From Pseudomonadota bacterium (GTDB lineage Bacteria > Bdellovibrionota_B > Oligoflexia > Oligoflexales > RGVZ01): a stretch of 64,000 nucleotides of DNA. The position numbers were made by a program, and so were the translations under genes. Location: contig JBEGVZ010000085.1 of NCBI GenBank assembly GCA_041178085.1, forward strand, positions 11,756 through 75,755. The letters run 5' to 3'. The stretch's first letter is position 1. Each line of letters begins with the position of its first letter. The notes under the pieces were generated by a model. It made no database searches, had not been told where the DNA came from, and worked only from the letters and a program-made list of their open reading frames with translations. Below, piece after piece: positions 51,858-62,152 of this stretch.

Positions 51858-53669
51858 GTGTTGACCCAGCTGCACATCAACGGTCTGGCGATCATCGAGT
51901 CGCTGAAGATTGATTTTTCCAAGGGCTTCAATGTGATTACCGGTGAAACAGGTGCCGGTAAATCCATCCTGATCAAGGCACTTAATTTCCTCCTCGGTGC
52001 CAAGGCGTCCGCAGACACCGTGCGGCATGGAAGGGATTCTGCCACCGTGAGCGGGCAATTCATCCTGCCCGCCCACCACAAAGTGACAGCCTGTCTTGAG
52101 GCCTACGGGATACCTCTCGAGGGTGCCGAAGGTTCAGGCGCTGGCAAGGAAATGCAAACCATCATCGTACGGCGCGTGATCTCTTCGAAGGGCCGGTCCC
52201 AGGCCTGGATCAATGACACCCCGGTTACTTCTGGAACGCTGCGTGAATTCGCAGACGCCCTGGTCGACGTCTTCGCCCAGCACGAAAACCATAAACTTCT
52301 TGATGCTGACGGCCACGTCGCAATCGTTGATCAGTTCCTTGACGACCGGGCCATCCCCGGGCGGGTGCAATCCGCTTTTGACGGTGTGAGTGCGCTCATC
52401 GGTGATTTACGCGCCCTGTCGGGGGGCTTTGCCATGAAGCAGCGTGACGCAGACTACCTGGCGTTTCGCTGCGAGGAGCTACGGAAGTTTTCCCCTTCCA
52501 TCGAGGACCACGACAAGACGAAAGCCTTTTGTGACCAGGCCAAAAACATCACGTACCTTGTGTCCTCTTTGCGCAAGGCATCTGCGATCGTCGACGAGGG
52601 TGGGGGGGATGCTTCAATTGAGCGGTTGCTGCGGGAAGCGGGCCGCGTGCTTGGGCAGGCCGCCGCCAAAATCCCTTCCCTTCAGGCCTTGTCAGACCAG
52701 GCTTTTGGTGTGGCCGCGCAGGCTGCCGATTTGAGTGCAGCCCTGGCCAGTGAACTTTCAGGCTGTGACGCCAGCGAGGAGGACGTCGATGCGGCCCAGG
52801 CCCGCCTTGCCGGGTACCAGGGACTTTTTCGAAAGATGGGAGTCCTCGATGTTGAATCCCTCGTCGCAGGTTGGCAGCGCATGGAAGAAGAAGTCCGCTT
52901 CATCGATTCAGCCGCCAAGGATGCAACGGTTTTGCTGGACAGGTTGGAGCAGGCCGCCGCTGCTTTTCAGAAAGAGGCTGGCCAATTGAGCGCCGCACGC
53001 AAAAAAGCGTCCCAGCGTGTAGCAAAGGCCGTCGGCAAGGAACTATCCGAACTGGCAATGAAAGATGCAAGGCTCGAAGTAGACTTTGTTGAAGCGACAT
53101 CCGTCGTCAGTGAGATCGCTGAACTCAAAGCTCTGGGTGAATCTGTGACACGAAAGTGGCAGGAACGTGTTCTCCCTCTGCTCAAAGGAGTATCCAGTAC
53201 CGGCGCTGAAAAGGCGCAGTTTCTGCTTTCAGCAAACGCCGGGGAACCTGCCCTTCCCCTCCACAAGGTAGCCTCTGGAGGCGAGGTTTCCCGCATCATG
53301 CTCGCCCTGAAAAAAGCCCTCGCTGTCGGGGCCGACACCTGCATTCTCGTTTTTGACGAGATCGACACGGGGATCTCTGGGCGGGTTGCCGACATTGTCG
53401 GGCGAAAACTGGCTGAGCTTGCCGATGGATTCCAGGTGATCTGTATCTCCCATTTGCCGCAGGTAGCGGCCTACGCGGATAGCCACTTTCTGGTCCACAA
53501 GTACGGCAACAGTAACCGGACGGAATCAACCATCACACGCCTTGATGCGGAGAAAAGCCGGATTGAGATTGCGAGGCTGTTGTCAGGGGATGAGGTCACA
53601 GATTCAAGCCTGGCACATGCGGCCACCTTGGTGAAAAAAGCCAGGCACGAGCGCCCATCTTTAACGTGA
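51858..53669 (+). CDS. recN: DNA repair protein RecN
   Basis: MLTQLHINGLAIIESLKIDFSKGFNVITGETGAGKSI (Walker A), a long coiled coil, and C-terminal ASGGEVSRIMLALK...LVFDEIDTGISG. GTG 51858 sits 7 nt after AAGGAGG; the track start at 51810 (TTG) adds a non-conserved leader. Confidence 0.9.
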   Translation: MLTQLHINGLAIIESLKIDFSKGFNVITGETGAGKSILIKALNFLLGAKASADTVRHGRDSATVSGQFILPAHHKVTACLEAYGIPLEGAEGSGAGKEMQTIIVRRVISSKGRSQAWINDTPVTSGTLREFADALVDVFAQHENHKLLDADGHVAIVDQFLDDRAIPGRVQSAFDGVSALIGDLRALSGGFAMKQRDADYLAFRCEELRKFSPSIEDHDKTKAFCDQAKNITYLVSSLRKASAIVDEGGGDASIERLLREAGRVLGQAAAKIPSLQALSDQAFGVAAQAADLSAALASELSGCDASEEDVDAAQARLAGYQGLFRKMGVLDVESLVAGWQRMEEEVRFIDSAAKDATVLLDRLEQAAAAFQKEAGQLSAARKKASQRVAKAVGKELSELAMKDARLEVDFVEATSVVSEIAELKALGESVTRKWQERVLPLLKGVSSTGAEKAQFLLSANAGEPALPLHKVASGGEVSRIMLALKKALAVGADTCILVFDEIDTGISGRVADIVGRKLAELADGFQVICISHLPQVAAYADSHFLVHKYGNSNRTESTITRLDAEKSRIEIARLLSGDEVTDSSLAHAATLVKKARHERPSLT

Positions 53670-53744
53670 TTTTTACATCGGGCAGGGCTGCTTTCGTGAT
53701 AAAACGCTGATCTTGCACTTATTTGGAGCATTCAGCGGATTATT

Positions 53745-54536
53745 ATGAGTTACCTACTTCTTTGTATTTTTGTCTTTTCGGCCGCTTACGTGGTCAACAT
53801 GACATTCATCACAGTTTTTTATCACCGCGGTTTAACCCACGGTGCAGTCAAATTCTCCCCCGCCACCGCATGGGCCTTGAAGCATCTTGGTATCTGGGTG
53901 ACCGGACTCGATCCTGTTGCATGGACCTGCATGCACCGGCGTCATCACAAGTTCTCTGACACCCCAAAGGATCCCCATTCGCCGGTCCAATTCGGCATCC
54001 CGGGTGTTCTTTGGGCGCAGTACCTTGGGTACAACCGTACCGTCAAAGGGCTGATAGCTGGAGATCCAGAGTACGCAGACTACGTGCGAGACGTCCCCTT
54101 TGGAGTCAATTGGCTCAAAGTCCGGAACTTTTGGCTGGCACCGTACTTTTTGCATGGGTTTGTCGGGCTTTTCCTTGCTTATGCATTCAACGGCTGGGCG
54201 GTTGGGTTCTGCTACTGGTTTGGAATGCTGAGCCACCCGATCCAGGGCTGGATGGTCAATTCATTCGGTCACGCGGTGGGCTACCGGAATTTTGCAACCG
54301 ATGACCAGTCGCGAAACAATACCTTCGTGGGATGGACGGTGATGGGAGAAGGCTTTCAGAACAACCATCACGCATATCCGGCCTCCGCAAAATTCTCTTG
54401 CCGCTGGTTTGAATTTGATCCGGGCTGGTTGCTTTGTCTGGGTCTGGATTCCCTCGGCCTTATCAGCATCGAAAGAGACCTTCTTATCCCCGGCTTTTCC
54501 GGCCAGCGGACTGCACCTGCACTTCATCAGCCCTGA
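53745..54536 (+). CDS. Membrane fatty-acid desaturase (delta-9-like, three His boxes)
   Basis: HRGLTHG, HRRHHKFSD and NNHHAYP histidine boxes, plus hydrophobic segments. Confidence 0.85.
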   Translation: MSYLLLCIFVFSAAYVVNMTFITVFYHRGLTHGAVKFSPATAWALKHLGIWVTGLDPVAWTCMHRRHHKFSDTPKDPHSPVQFGIPGVLWAQYLGYNRTVKGLIAGDPEYADYVRDVPFGVNWLKVRNFWLAPYFLHGFVGLFLAYAFNGWAVGFCYWFGMLSHPIQGWMVNSFGHAVGYRNFATDDQSRNNTFVGWTVMGEGFQNNHHAYPASAKFSCRWFEFDPGWLLCLGLDSLGLISIERDLLIPGFSGQRTAPALHQP

Positions 54537-54545
54537 AAGAGAAAG

Positions 54546-54571
54546 GGGCCTGCACTCGTAAGTGCAGGCCC
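54546..54571 (+). terminator. Stem-loop 10 nt after the desaturase stop (probable terminator, weak U-tract)
   Basis: GGGCCTGCACT-CGTA-AGTGCAGGCCC, an 11-bp perfect stem, followed by TTCT. Confidence 0.5.
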
Positions 54572-54691
54572 TTCTACGGGGAAAACGGGGCGGGGCAAGG
54601 TCTACGGCGGGGGCATCAGCCAGAACAAGACAACTTCAGAAACGGCGGGGCACACAGAAAACTCATCGGCGGGAGGCGCCGGCCACAGTTT

Positions 54692-57600
54692 TTAGCTGCA
54701 GCCGGTGGTCCCACCGCATGAATCACATTTGAGGCAGGCGCCGTTACGGACAAGGGTCATGGCCCCACAATCGGGACACGGGTCGCCCTCGTAGCCCTTC
54801 ATCCGCGCTGCCTTGACAGTGTTTAGACCCTTCTTTGCGGCGATTTTTTCTGCCATCCGGTCGAACTCTTCTTCCGACAACACGACCGGCACCTTCTTCT
54901 CGCCGCCAGCCTGCAGTCCACCCATTGACACGCTGGCTGAGGAACCGTGGCCGCCGTTGCCAGAGGTCATTACGACCTGGCCACCCATGGCATCGTCTTC
55001 CACAGAGTTTTTGTTGGCGTGGGCCTTGGACTTGGGTGCATCAATCTCATCCGGAGCGATATGGACCAGGTCTGTGCGGCCCAGATAGTTGAGCGCAAGG
55101 TCCCGGAACATGAAGTCAATGATCGACGTCGCGCGACGAAGGTTGTCATGACCGGTGACTGGACCGTTTGGCTCAAAGCGTGTGAACGTGAACACGTCCA
55201 CGTACTCTTCCAGTGGCACGCCGTATTGCAACCCAAGACTCACGGCGATGGCAAAGCAGTTCATGATGGAGCGCAGGAGCGTTCCTTCTTTGTTCAAGTC
55301 GAGGAAGATCTCGCCCACTTGGCCGTCTTCATACTCACCTGTACGAAGGTAAACGGTGTGGCCACCGATCTTGACCTTCTGGGTGTAACCACTGCGCCGG
55401 CTTGGCAGGGGACGGCGCGTCCGGATGTACTCTTTGACGATCTGGGTGGTGATTTTCTTCACCTGCTCGACCTTGGGTTCCGTATGGTCGATGATGTCGA
55501 GCCATTCGGTTGCGGTGGCGTTGAGCGGCTGGCTCAATTTTGAGCCATCACGGTAAAGGGCGTTCGCCTTGAGCATCATTTTCCAGGATGTCTGGTAGGC
55601 CTTGGCCACATCCGACAGCTGGGCCTCAAACGGCAGGTTGATCGTCTTGCTGATCGCGCCGGAAATAAACGGCTGGGCGGCGGCCATCATGCCGATGTGA
55701 TTTTCCGCAGCGATATAACGAACACCCTTGCGGCCGCATTTGTTGGCACAGTCGAACACCGGGAGGTGCTCCGCCTTGAGGTGAGGAGCACCTTCGACCG
55801 TCATCGTTCCGCAGACGTACTCATTGGCAACGTCAATATCAGCCTGGGTGAATCCAATGAGTTTGAGGATGTTGCAGTCCATTGGCTCAAGGTCTTCTTT
55901 TTTCAGGCCAAGCTTCGTGATGCAGAATTCCTCGCCGAGTACCCACTTGTTGAAGGCAAAAGTGATGTCAAAGGCCTGCGGAAGTTCCTTTTCCACCGCG
56001 GCTAGAGCCTCTGGCGTGAAGCCTTTCGCTGCGAGAGATTCGTGGTTGATCCCGGAAGCGCCTTTCAGCGTCCCGCGGCCAAGGCAGTAGGCGATGATGT
56101 CACCCGTCTGCTGGTCGCTGTAACCGAGGTTTTTGAGAGCCACCGGAATCGACTGGTTGATGATCTTGAAGTAACCGCCACCAGCAAGTTTCTTGAACTT
56201 TACCAAGGCAAAGTCGGGCTCGATTCCGGTCGTATCGCAGTCCATGAGCAGGCCGATCGTACCAGTCGGCGCGATTACCGTGGTCTGGGCATTGCGAAAG
56301 CCATGCTTTTCGCCAAGGGCCAGAGCGTCATCCCAAGCTTTTCGTGCAGCCGCACCAAGGTCTGCGGGGCAGAGCTTGTGGTTGATCTCGACCGGCTTGA
56401 TGGTCAAGCCTTCGTATTTTCCGTTCGCGTGGGCTGCAGCGTGGTGGTTACGAATCACGCGGAGCATATCTGTCTTGTTTTTCTCGTAGTTCGGGAAGGC
56501 ACCCAGCTCGCGCGCCATTTCGGCGCTGGTGCGGTAACTTTCCCCGCACATGATGGCCGTAATGGAACCTGTGATGGCGAGTGCCTCTGGCGAACCATAG
56601 GGGATGCCCATGCGCATCAGCACAGCGCCAATATTGGCGTAGCCAAGACCGAGGGTGCGGAAATCCCAGCTCTTGCGGGCGATTTCCTTGCTCGGGAACT
56701 GGGCCATCTGCACCGAGATGTCGAGGATGACGGTCCAGATGCGGGAGGCATGGATGAATGCTTCGATGTTGAAGCCATTTTTCTCGTCATAAAACGTCAG
56801 CAGGTTGAGCGAAGCAAGGTTGCACGCCGTGTCGTCAAGGAACATGTATTCAGAACAGGGATTGGATGCATTGATCCGGCCGTCTTGCGGACATGTGTGC
56901 CACTCGTTGATTGTCGTGTCGAACTGGACACCGGGATCCGCGCACGACCATGCAGCGTAGACTATCTTGTCCCACAGCTCGGCCGCCTTGACCGTGCGCA
57001 TTGTTTCTCCGGTCATGCGGCTTTTGAGTGACCATTCCGTCTTTTTCTCGACGGCATCCATAAAGGAATTGGGAATGCGTACCGAGTTGTTTGAGTTCTG
57101 GCCGGAAACAGTGGAGTAAGCCTCGGAGTTCCAGTCCGTATTAAAGGTTTCGATCTTGAGCTTGTAATTGCCCTGCTTGGCAAGGTCGATCACGCGCTGG
57201 ATATAGTTGAGCGGGATGTGTGCTTTTTTGGCCTTGGCCATCGCCTCACGCAGGGCCTCGTTTTTGGCCGGATTGAAGCGCTCGTCCGTTTTTGCCGCGT
57301 CAGCTGGAACCGAGCAGGCCTTCAGAATGGCGTTGAGGTTGTCTTCCATTGCTTTGGAGCCAGCGACCAGCGATGCAACTTTCTGCTCTTCCTCAACCTT
57401 CCATTCGATGAACTTTTCGATGTCCGGATGGTCGAGGTCCAGGCAGACCATCTTTGCTGCGCGCCGCGTTGTCCCGCCCGATTTGATGGCTCCTGCCGCA
57501 CGGTCGCCGATTTTAAGGAAGGACATCAGTCCAGAGGATACGCCGCCACCCGAAAGAGGTTCCCCCTCCCCCCTGATGCTTGAAAAGTTGGTTCCCGTAC

Positions 57601-58192
57601 CGCTGCCATACTTGAACAGGCGCGCTTCGCGCGTCCAAAGGTCCATGATGCCCCCTTCGTTGACGAGGTCGTCACCGACGGCCTGGATGAAACAGGCGTG
57701 GGGTTGTGGGCGCTCGTAAGCGCTGGTGGACTTCTGAAGGCGGTTGGTGGCCGGGTCGACGTAGTAATGACCTTGGCTGGACCCCTTGAGGCCGTATGCG
57801 AAATAAAGGCCTGTGTTGAACCATTGTGGGCTGTTGGGCGCACACATTTGATTGGCCAGCATGTGGCAGGTTTCGTCGTAAAACGTCGCAGCGTCTTCGT
57901 CGGTATCGAAATAACCGAAGCGGGTTCCCCAGTCGGTCCAGCAACCAGCCAGGCGATGGAAAACCTGCCGGCTGTCAGACTCGGAACCGATTTTCGGAAT
58001 ACCCGCACGGCGGAGGTACTTCTGGGCAAGAATGTCCGTCGCGACCTGGCTCCAATGCTCGGGCACCGTCACCTTCATCTGGCGGCTGGCCTTGCTGCCA
58101 TCGGAGTTCTTCAGTTCTGAAGTCCGGTCGACGAACTTCAGTCCCTCGTAGGGTTGGCCTTTGGTCTTGACAAACAGTCTTTTGAATTTCAT
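54692..58192 (-). CDS. nrdJ: Adenosylcobalamin-dependent ribonucleotide reductase (class II, NrdJ) with C-terminal Cys-rich zinc finger
   Basis: 1,166 aa with class II RNR blocks ([47 protein letters not shown]). The C-terminus is [28 protein letters not shown]. Confidence 0.95.
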   Translation of the reverse strand: MKFKRLFVKTKGQPYEGLKFVDRTSELKNSDGSKASRQMKVTVPEHWSQVATDILAQKYLRRAGIPKIGSESDSRQVFHRLAGCWTDWGTRFGYFDTDEDAATFYDETCHMLANQMCAPNSPQWFNTGLYFAYGLKGSSQGHYYVDPATNRLQKSTSAYERPQPHACFIQAVGDDLVNEGGIMDLWTREARLFKYGSGTGTNFSSIRGEGEPLSGGGVSSGLMSFLKIGDRAAGAIKSGGTTRRAAKMVCLDLDHPDIEKFIEWKVEEEQKVASLVAGSKAMEDNLNAILKACSVPADAAKTDERFNPAKNEALREAMAKAKKAHIPLNYIQRVIDLAKQGNYKLKIETFNTDWNSEAYSTVSGQNSNNSVRIPNSFMDAVEKKTEWSLKSRMTGETMRTVKAAELWDKIVYAAWSCADPGVQFDTTINEWHTCPQDGRINASNPCSEYMFLDDTACNLASLNLLTFYDEKNGFNIEAFIHASRIWTVILDISVQMAQFPSKEIARKSWDFRTLGLGYANIGAVLMRMGIPYGSPEALAITGSITAIMCGESYRTSAEMARELGAFPNYEKNKTDMLRVIRNHHAAAHANGKYEGLTIKPVEINHKLCPADLGAAARKAWDDALALGEKHGFRNAQTTVIAPTGTIGLLMDCDTTGIEPDFALVKFKKLAGGGYFKIINQSIPVALKNLGYSDQQTGDIIAYCLGRGTLKGASGINHESLAAKGFTPEALAAVEKELPQAFDITFAFNKWVLGEEFCITKLGLKKEDLEPMDCNILKLIGFTQADIDVANEYVCGTMTVEGAPHLKAEHLPVFDCANKCGRKGVRYIAAENHIGMMAAAQPFISGAISKTINLPFEAQLSDVAKAYQTSWKMMLKANALYRDGSKLSQPLNATATEWLDIIDHTEPKVEQVKKITTQIVKEYIRTRRPLPSRRSGYTQKVKIGGHTVYLRTGEYEDGQVGEIFLDLNKEGTLLRSIMNCFAIAVSLGLQYGVPLEEYVDVFTFTRFEPNGPVTGHDNLRRATSIIDFMFRDLALNYLGRTDLVHIAPDEIDAPKSKAHANKNSVEDDAMGGQVVMTSGNGGHGSSASVSMGGLQAGGEKKVPVVLSEEEFDRMAEKIAAKKGLNTVKAARMKGYEGDPCPDCGAMTLVRNGACLKCDSCGGTTGCS

Positions 58193-58310
58193 GCCCGCAC
58201 TCCTTGTGACGGCATTGTTGAATCATTTTCTGGCAAAACTTGGCCTAGGCGGGGGAAACCGCTTTTTTCCTTGTCTCGCCGGGGTGTTATAGAGGAACCA
58301 GCTACTAACG

Positions 58311-58340
58311 ATGATAGCCATCGTCCGATGGCGATGTCAA
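58311..58340 (-). promoter_or_regulatory. Putative sigma70-type promoter of nrdJ (TTGACA-18 nt-TATCAT on the minus strand)
   Basis: The minus strand reads TTGACATCGCCATCGGACGATGGCTATCAT. It lies about 120 nt upstream of the nrdJ ATG and directly downstream of the NrdR boxes. Confidence 0.5.
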
Positions 58341-58348
58341 CGGTCAGG

Positions 58349-58396
58349 ACACAAAATATGGTGTCCACATCTTATCCACAACACCATAGGTTGTGT
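58349..58396 (-). promoter_or_regulatory. Tandem NrdR boxes
   Basis: ACACAAAATATGGTGT (58349-58364) and ACACCATAGGTTGTGT (58381-58396). Both fit the 16-bp NrdR palindrome (acaCwAtATaTwGtgt). The 32-bp spacing is the usual tandem arrangement. Confidence 0.75.
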
Positions 58397-58523
58397 GTTG
58401 TTTTTTAGGTGTTCGCCCTATCGTTGCGGAACGACTGCCTCTTCGGGGACTTTTTGAAAACGTCCCATGAACTTTTCCAACAGGTTATCCACACCCCCTC
58501 CGGGGCGTGGTGTGGAAAGCGGT

Positions 58524-60110
58524 TCAAAAGCGGGCGATGCGTGGGGTACCTGCCGACTTTTCCAGACGCTCGATTTCATGCGAACGACTCTCTGGGATGT
58601 CGCGCAAATCCGCTTGACCAGACGTCGCAACAGAGGTTTCCGAGCCCGGTTTTTTCGCACCGGCAATTTTTTTCTCTGAGATGAAAACCTGGATCTGCAC
58701 AGTGATCGTCTGGTCTCGTGAGATGCGCACGGGCTGGCTGCTGCGCCGGCGTTCGCCTTCTGTTGCCGTCGACATAACATAGTGCGCCAGCTGGTATTGG
58801 CCGGTCACCAACGGCATGCGCGTGGGCCTCTCTGGATTGATATCGAGCGTGACCCCGGTCAGTTCCGGATCGTGCGCTTCCACACGCAGAAGGTCCGTGA
58901 TCTGACCTTTGACATAAACCGGCTTGGGTATGATCTCCAGATAACCAAGGTGCAACTCAAGGTCTGACACCCCTTTCGGGATTCGCTTGCGGATGTTTCT
59001 TGACCCTTCGACACCGAGGTGAACCTCTTGTTCGAAGAAAAGAAGCGGCACATCAGTCACGCCTTCGTTGAACGGAAAAGGTTGACCGGGCTGGTAAAGG
59101 TGGACCTCAAGGTCACCAAGGCAGTTCCACTCCCAAGGGGAGCATCCTTGATCGACCTTGACGCTGCGCGCACGCATCTCCACGCTTTCGCCCTCTTCGA
59201 GCTCAACGGTCTGGGGCTGGTTGGAACCGCTCAATCGCAGCCTGGGCGCACCTGGCAATACAGCATATTGCTCGTTCAGATTGAACCAGTGGCCGTTGTT
59301 GACCTCGACAAAGAGCGGTGTCCCCCGGATCTGGGAAGACAAGTCCAGATCCACCTTGTCGTTGGTCGTGATCTTCAGGAAGGCTGGCCTGATAACTCGT
59401 TTTTCACCTTCAACCAGCGTTACTTTCATCTTGGTGCCGTTGACTTCGACCTCATATTCCCCGGGCAACAGGTACATCCAGTGGCCGAAACTTTGCTGCT
59501 CAGTGACCGCTACAAGGTTGGTCGCCGGCGAAACAAAATACTTCATGTCCGGGGAGGTGCCGGTGGTCGCCTCGACCTTGAGCGCAGACAGCAAAAAACT
59601 GCGCGGTCCCTGCGGGGCAGGGGCTTCATGGTCAAAATCAAGGCTCAATGGCACCATGCCGACCAGGATGTCGTGACTTTCGCCAATCATGTTCAGGCTG
59701 AAGCGGCTGCTAAAAAACTGCCGGGATCTTGTTTTCTCCGCGCGCTCGCACTGGATCGAGAAGCGGTCCTGTTGGTCTGGCGCCATCGATGGCAGGAAGT
59801 TAACCTGGTTGGCAACCAGCTCCTTGGTCTGTCCGGCGTAAACATGAACCGACTGGCTGGAACAGTCGGCAAGGACGAGGTACCGCCCCGCAGGCAACTT
59901 GATGTCCTCGTTGAATTGCCCGACGTGTTCCGACACAAGTTGCAGGGGATTGTCTGAAGCGATGCGGTAGATCTCATAAAGGCCGCCCGTGGAGCTGGCG
60001 ACCCGTAGCACGCCAGACCGGTCGCCAAATCCGCAGCCATTTACCGACAGGGCTGTGAGGATGCAAGCAGATCCCAGGCCCGCAATTTTCTTAAAATGCG
60101 AAGGTGCCAC
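58524..60110 (-). CDS. Putative lipoprotein with repeated beta-sandwich (PEGA/CarboxypepD_reg-like 'PxGxY') modules
   Basis: GTG 60110 gives MAPSHFKKIAGLGSACILTALSVNGC (lipobox-like VNGC) and overlaps the upstream OMP gene by 20 nt. Recurring LPAGRYLVLA, LPGEYEVEVNG and VTGQYQLAHYV. The track start at 60272 would lie deep inside the upstream gene. Confidence 0.6.
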   Translation of the reverse strand: MAPSHFKKIAGLGSACILTALSVNGCGFGDRSGVLRVASSTGGLYEIYRIASDNPLQLVSEHVGQFNEDIKLPAGRYLVLADCSSQSVHVYAGQTKELVANQVNFLPSMAPDQQDRFSIQCERAEKTRSRQFFSSRFSLNMIGESHDILVGMVPLSLDFDHEAPAPQGPRSFLLSALKVEATTGTSPDMKYFVSPATNLVAVTEQQSFGHWMYLLPGEYEVEVNGTKMKVTLVEGEKRVIRPAFLKITTNDKVDLDLSSQIRGTPLFVEVNNGHWFNLNEQYAVLPGAPRLRLSGSNQPQTVELEEGESVEMRARSVKVDQGCSPWEWNCLGDLEVHLYQPGQPFPFNEGVTDVPLLFFEQEVHLGVEGSRNIRKRIPKGVSDLELHLGYLEIIPKPVYVKGQITDLLRVEAHDPELTGVTLDINPERPTRMPLVTGQYQLAHYVMSTATEGERRRSSQPVRISRDQTITVQIQVFISEKKIAGAKKPGSETSVATSGQADLRDIPESRSHEIERLEKSAGTPRIARF

Positions 60111-60909
60111 CAACACCGATTTGCACCAGCTGGAAACCACCGAAGCTTGTGTAGACTTTGGGACCAACGGAGATTTTGGGTGCAATTTCCCAGTCAGCGC
60201 CCGCGTGAAGCGCCACAATGCCACCATTGGCTTCTGCAGATTTGGGTGTTTCGAATTCATCAGTCGGCTCAAGATACACGAAAACTAATCCGGCTTCCAC
60301 ACCGGCGATAGCCGTCATTCCCTTGGCCCACGGGGTTTTCAGCCTGCCTTCCACGCCGCCTAAATAACCCTCCCAGACGCCGCGGAAAGGCAATCCATCC
60401 AAGGTTCCGGCCACCGCTACCGGACTGTAGCGGAAAGTGCCCTTGAACTTCAGGTTTTTACTTTTTCTCAGGCCGATCGTCTCGTTAGGGATGTTGCAAT
60501 TGACGAACAGGTCCGAGCTACCCTGCCGACCGGAGCCTGATGAGTTCCAGCTGGAGCCTGGGCGGCTTGCCCACACAAAGTGGACAGCTGTACCGATTTC
60601 GATATTGTCCGTGAAGAAGCGCTCCGCCCGGCTCGGCGGTTCAGGCGCAGGTTTTTCCTCAACGGGCTCGCCTTGCGGTTCCTTGTGGGCCTCGCTGTTC
60701 TGGGGGGCGGGGCTGGGCGCCGGCGTCACCTTGGGGCCGAGGCCATCCACTGCGGGAGCCGCAGGTGCTTCAGCGTTTTTGTCCGCGGCTTCGATTTCCG
60801 CGGCTTTGGGCGAAGGCTTGATTTCGTCAAGTCCCTTGGCCAGAGCCTGGGTCCCCGCTTGAGCCAGCGCGACAGCTAAGATGATAGGTGAAAATCTTAA
60901 TCTTTTCAT
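60091..60909 (-). CDS. Outer-membrane beta-barrel-like protein with Ala/Pro/Glu-rich N-terminal linker
   Basis: ATG 60909 gives the signal peptide MKRLRFSPIILAVALAQAGTQALA/KG. The C-terminus GVGGTFAF ends in Phe, an OMP signature. Confidence 0.6.
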   Translation of the reverse strand: MKRLRFSPIILAVALAQAGTQALAKGLDEIKPSPKAAEIEAADKNAEAPAAPAVDGLGPKVTPAPSPAPQNSEAHKEPQGEPVEEKPAPEPPSRAERFFTDNIEIGTAVHFVWASRPGSSWNSSGSGRQGSSDLFVNCNIPNETIGLRKSKNLKFKGTFRYSPVAVAGTLDGLPFRGVWEGYLGGVEGRLKTPWAKGMTAIAGVEAGLVFVYLEPTDEFETPKSAEANGGIVALHAGADWEIAPKISVGPKVYTSFGGFQLVQIGVGGTFAF

Positions 60910-60923
60910 CGAGTTGCCCCCGG

Positions 60924-62027
60924 TCACAGCAACAAGTTGAGGTGCATGGCATAGCGGCGGTCAGTCAGCAATTCATCCTGCCCGGCAGCGGTACCAAGTT
61001 GTTCGGCATAAGAGGCAACCCGAAGCCTGAGCAGCATCAAGTCCAGCTGCAAGCCTGCGGTCCACTCCCCTTGATGCAGTCCGCCCTGGACCTTGAGGAA
61101 CTTGCCAAGTCCGTATTCGGTCCCAAAATTGACTTTCTTGCTGTAGTGGACGGGTCGATTGATGGCCGTAACGTCCGCATTCAGCGTCACATACTGGTTG
61201 TCGGTTTTGAACGGCTTGTAGCTGATGCCTGTATTGACTGATGGCAGGCGGGTATCCGGTGCTCCAAGTGCCTCCCCCTCTCCCACTTTGGTCTTGGTGA
61301 AGGGTGTACCGCCGAAATCAAGGACACTCAGGCCGAAAGTGAAGGGCACAGAGGGGTCGGGACGGAACAGCAATCCGAGGTCGACCCCCTGCCCGTATCC
61401 GCCTGTTACGTAGTCCTCCAGCCCGCCTTGCCCCTTTTGGCCGTTGGTCAATGTATCGATGCTGTCGATGTCAAATGATTCGTCGACTCCGCCCTGCGCC
61501 AGAATTTTGTAGTTGAAGCCGAGAGCGAGCCGCTCGCGGAAAAAACTGGTCGCGTAGCCGATTGGAAGCGTTAACCTCGGCCCGGCTTTGACGTCGAATG
61601 TGATGTCGTTGTGGAAGGTCACCTTGGCTAGAAAATCCAAGGCCAGCGCAAAGCCAAAGTGCGGGGCGACAAAATACGGCTCGATCCCAAAGACTGCGCC
61701 AAGCGGTTTGCCGCCTTGACTCTTGATCAGCTGAATTGACGCCTTTGTGCTCCCCGAACCTGCTTTGACCAGGTCCTGCACGTCTGACACGGCCGCCAAG
61801 GTGTTCTCAGACACCTCGCCGCGCAGGGAGACGACCTCGAAGGTCCAGTCGTCCAGCCAAGCCAGTCCGGCTGGGTTGTAGTAGAGGGCGTTGAAATCAT
61901 CCGCCTGGCCGACGAAGGCGTTGCCCATTCCGAGTGGACGCACACCGAAGTGTGTCCAGTCAAGCTCGGACGCCATTGCCAAGCCCGATGAAGCAAGACA
62001 GGCCATGGCGAGCGCTTTCATGCGCAT
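60924..62027 (-). CDS. FadL/PorV/TraF_2-like outer-membrane beta-barrel
   Basis: GGGAGGG RBS. Signal peptide MRMKALAMACLASSGLAMA. N-terminal plug-type motif GMGNAFVGQADDFNALYYNPAGLA (G.G.A..G.ADD......NPAgl). Confidence 0.7.
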   Translation of the reverse strand: MRMKALAMACLASSGLAMASELDWTHFGVRPLGMGNAFVGQADDFNALYYNPAGLAWLDDWTFEVVSLRGEVSENTLAAVSDVQDLVKAGSGSTKASIQLIKSQGGKPLGAVFGIEPYFVAPHFGFALALDFLAKVTFHNDITFDVKAGPRLTLPIGYATSFFRERLALGFNYKILAQGGVDESFDIDSIDTLTNGQKGQGGLEDYVTGGYGQGVDLGLLFRPDPSVPFTFGLSVLDFGGTPFTKTKVGEGEALGAPDTRLPSVNTGISYKPFKTDNQYVTLNADVTAINRPVHYSKKVNFGTEYGLGKFLKVQGGLHQGEWTAGLQLDLMLLRLRVASYAEQLGTAAGQDELLTDRRYAMHLNLLL

Positions 62028-62152
62028 CTCGAACCCTCCCTGATGTATGGACTAGGGGAGCCTACCACAACTGATATGACTTGCGAACGGGCCGATATTG
62101 CTGGAAGAAGTTTTCAGGTGATAGGATCTAGCCACCAGACGGAGTTTTGAAG

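Noticed and set aside
58193-58310. Cobalamin riboswitch in the nrdJ leader.
   Set aside because: No B12-box-like sequence or GGGAA/GCCACUG-type cores on the minus strand. B12 riboswitches usually repress B12-independent RNRs, not nrdJ. The NrdR boxes explain regulation.
62118-62137. GGTGATAGGATCTAGCCACC as the TetR operator in the divergent region.
   Set aside because: Only the outer GGTG/CACC and central GATC are symmetric (about 6 of 10 half-site positions). That is too weak to call without comparative data.
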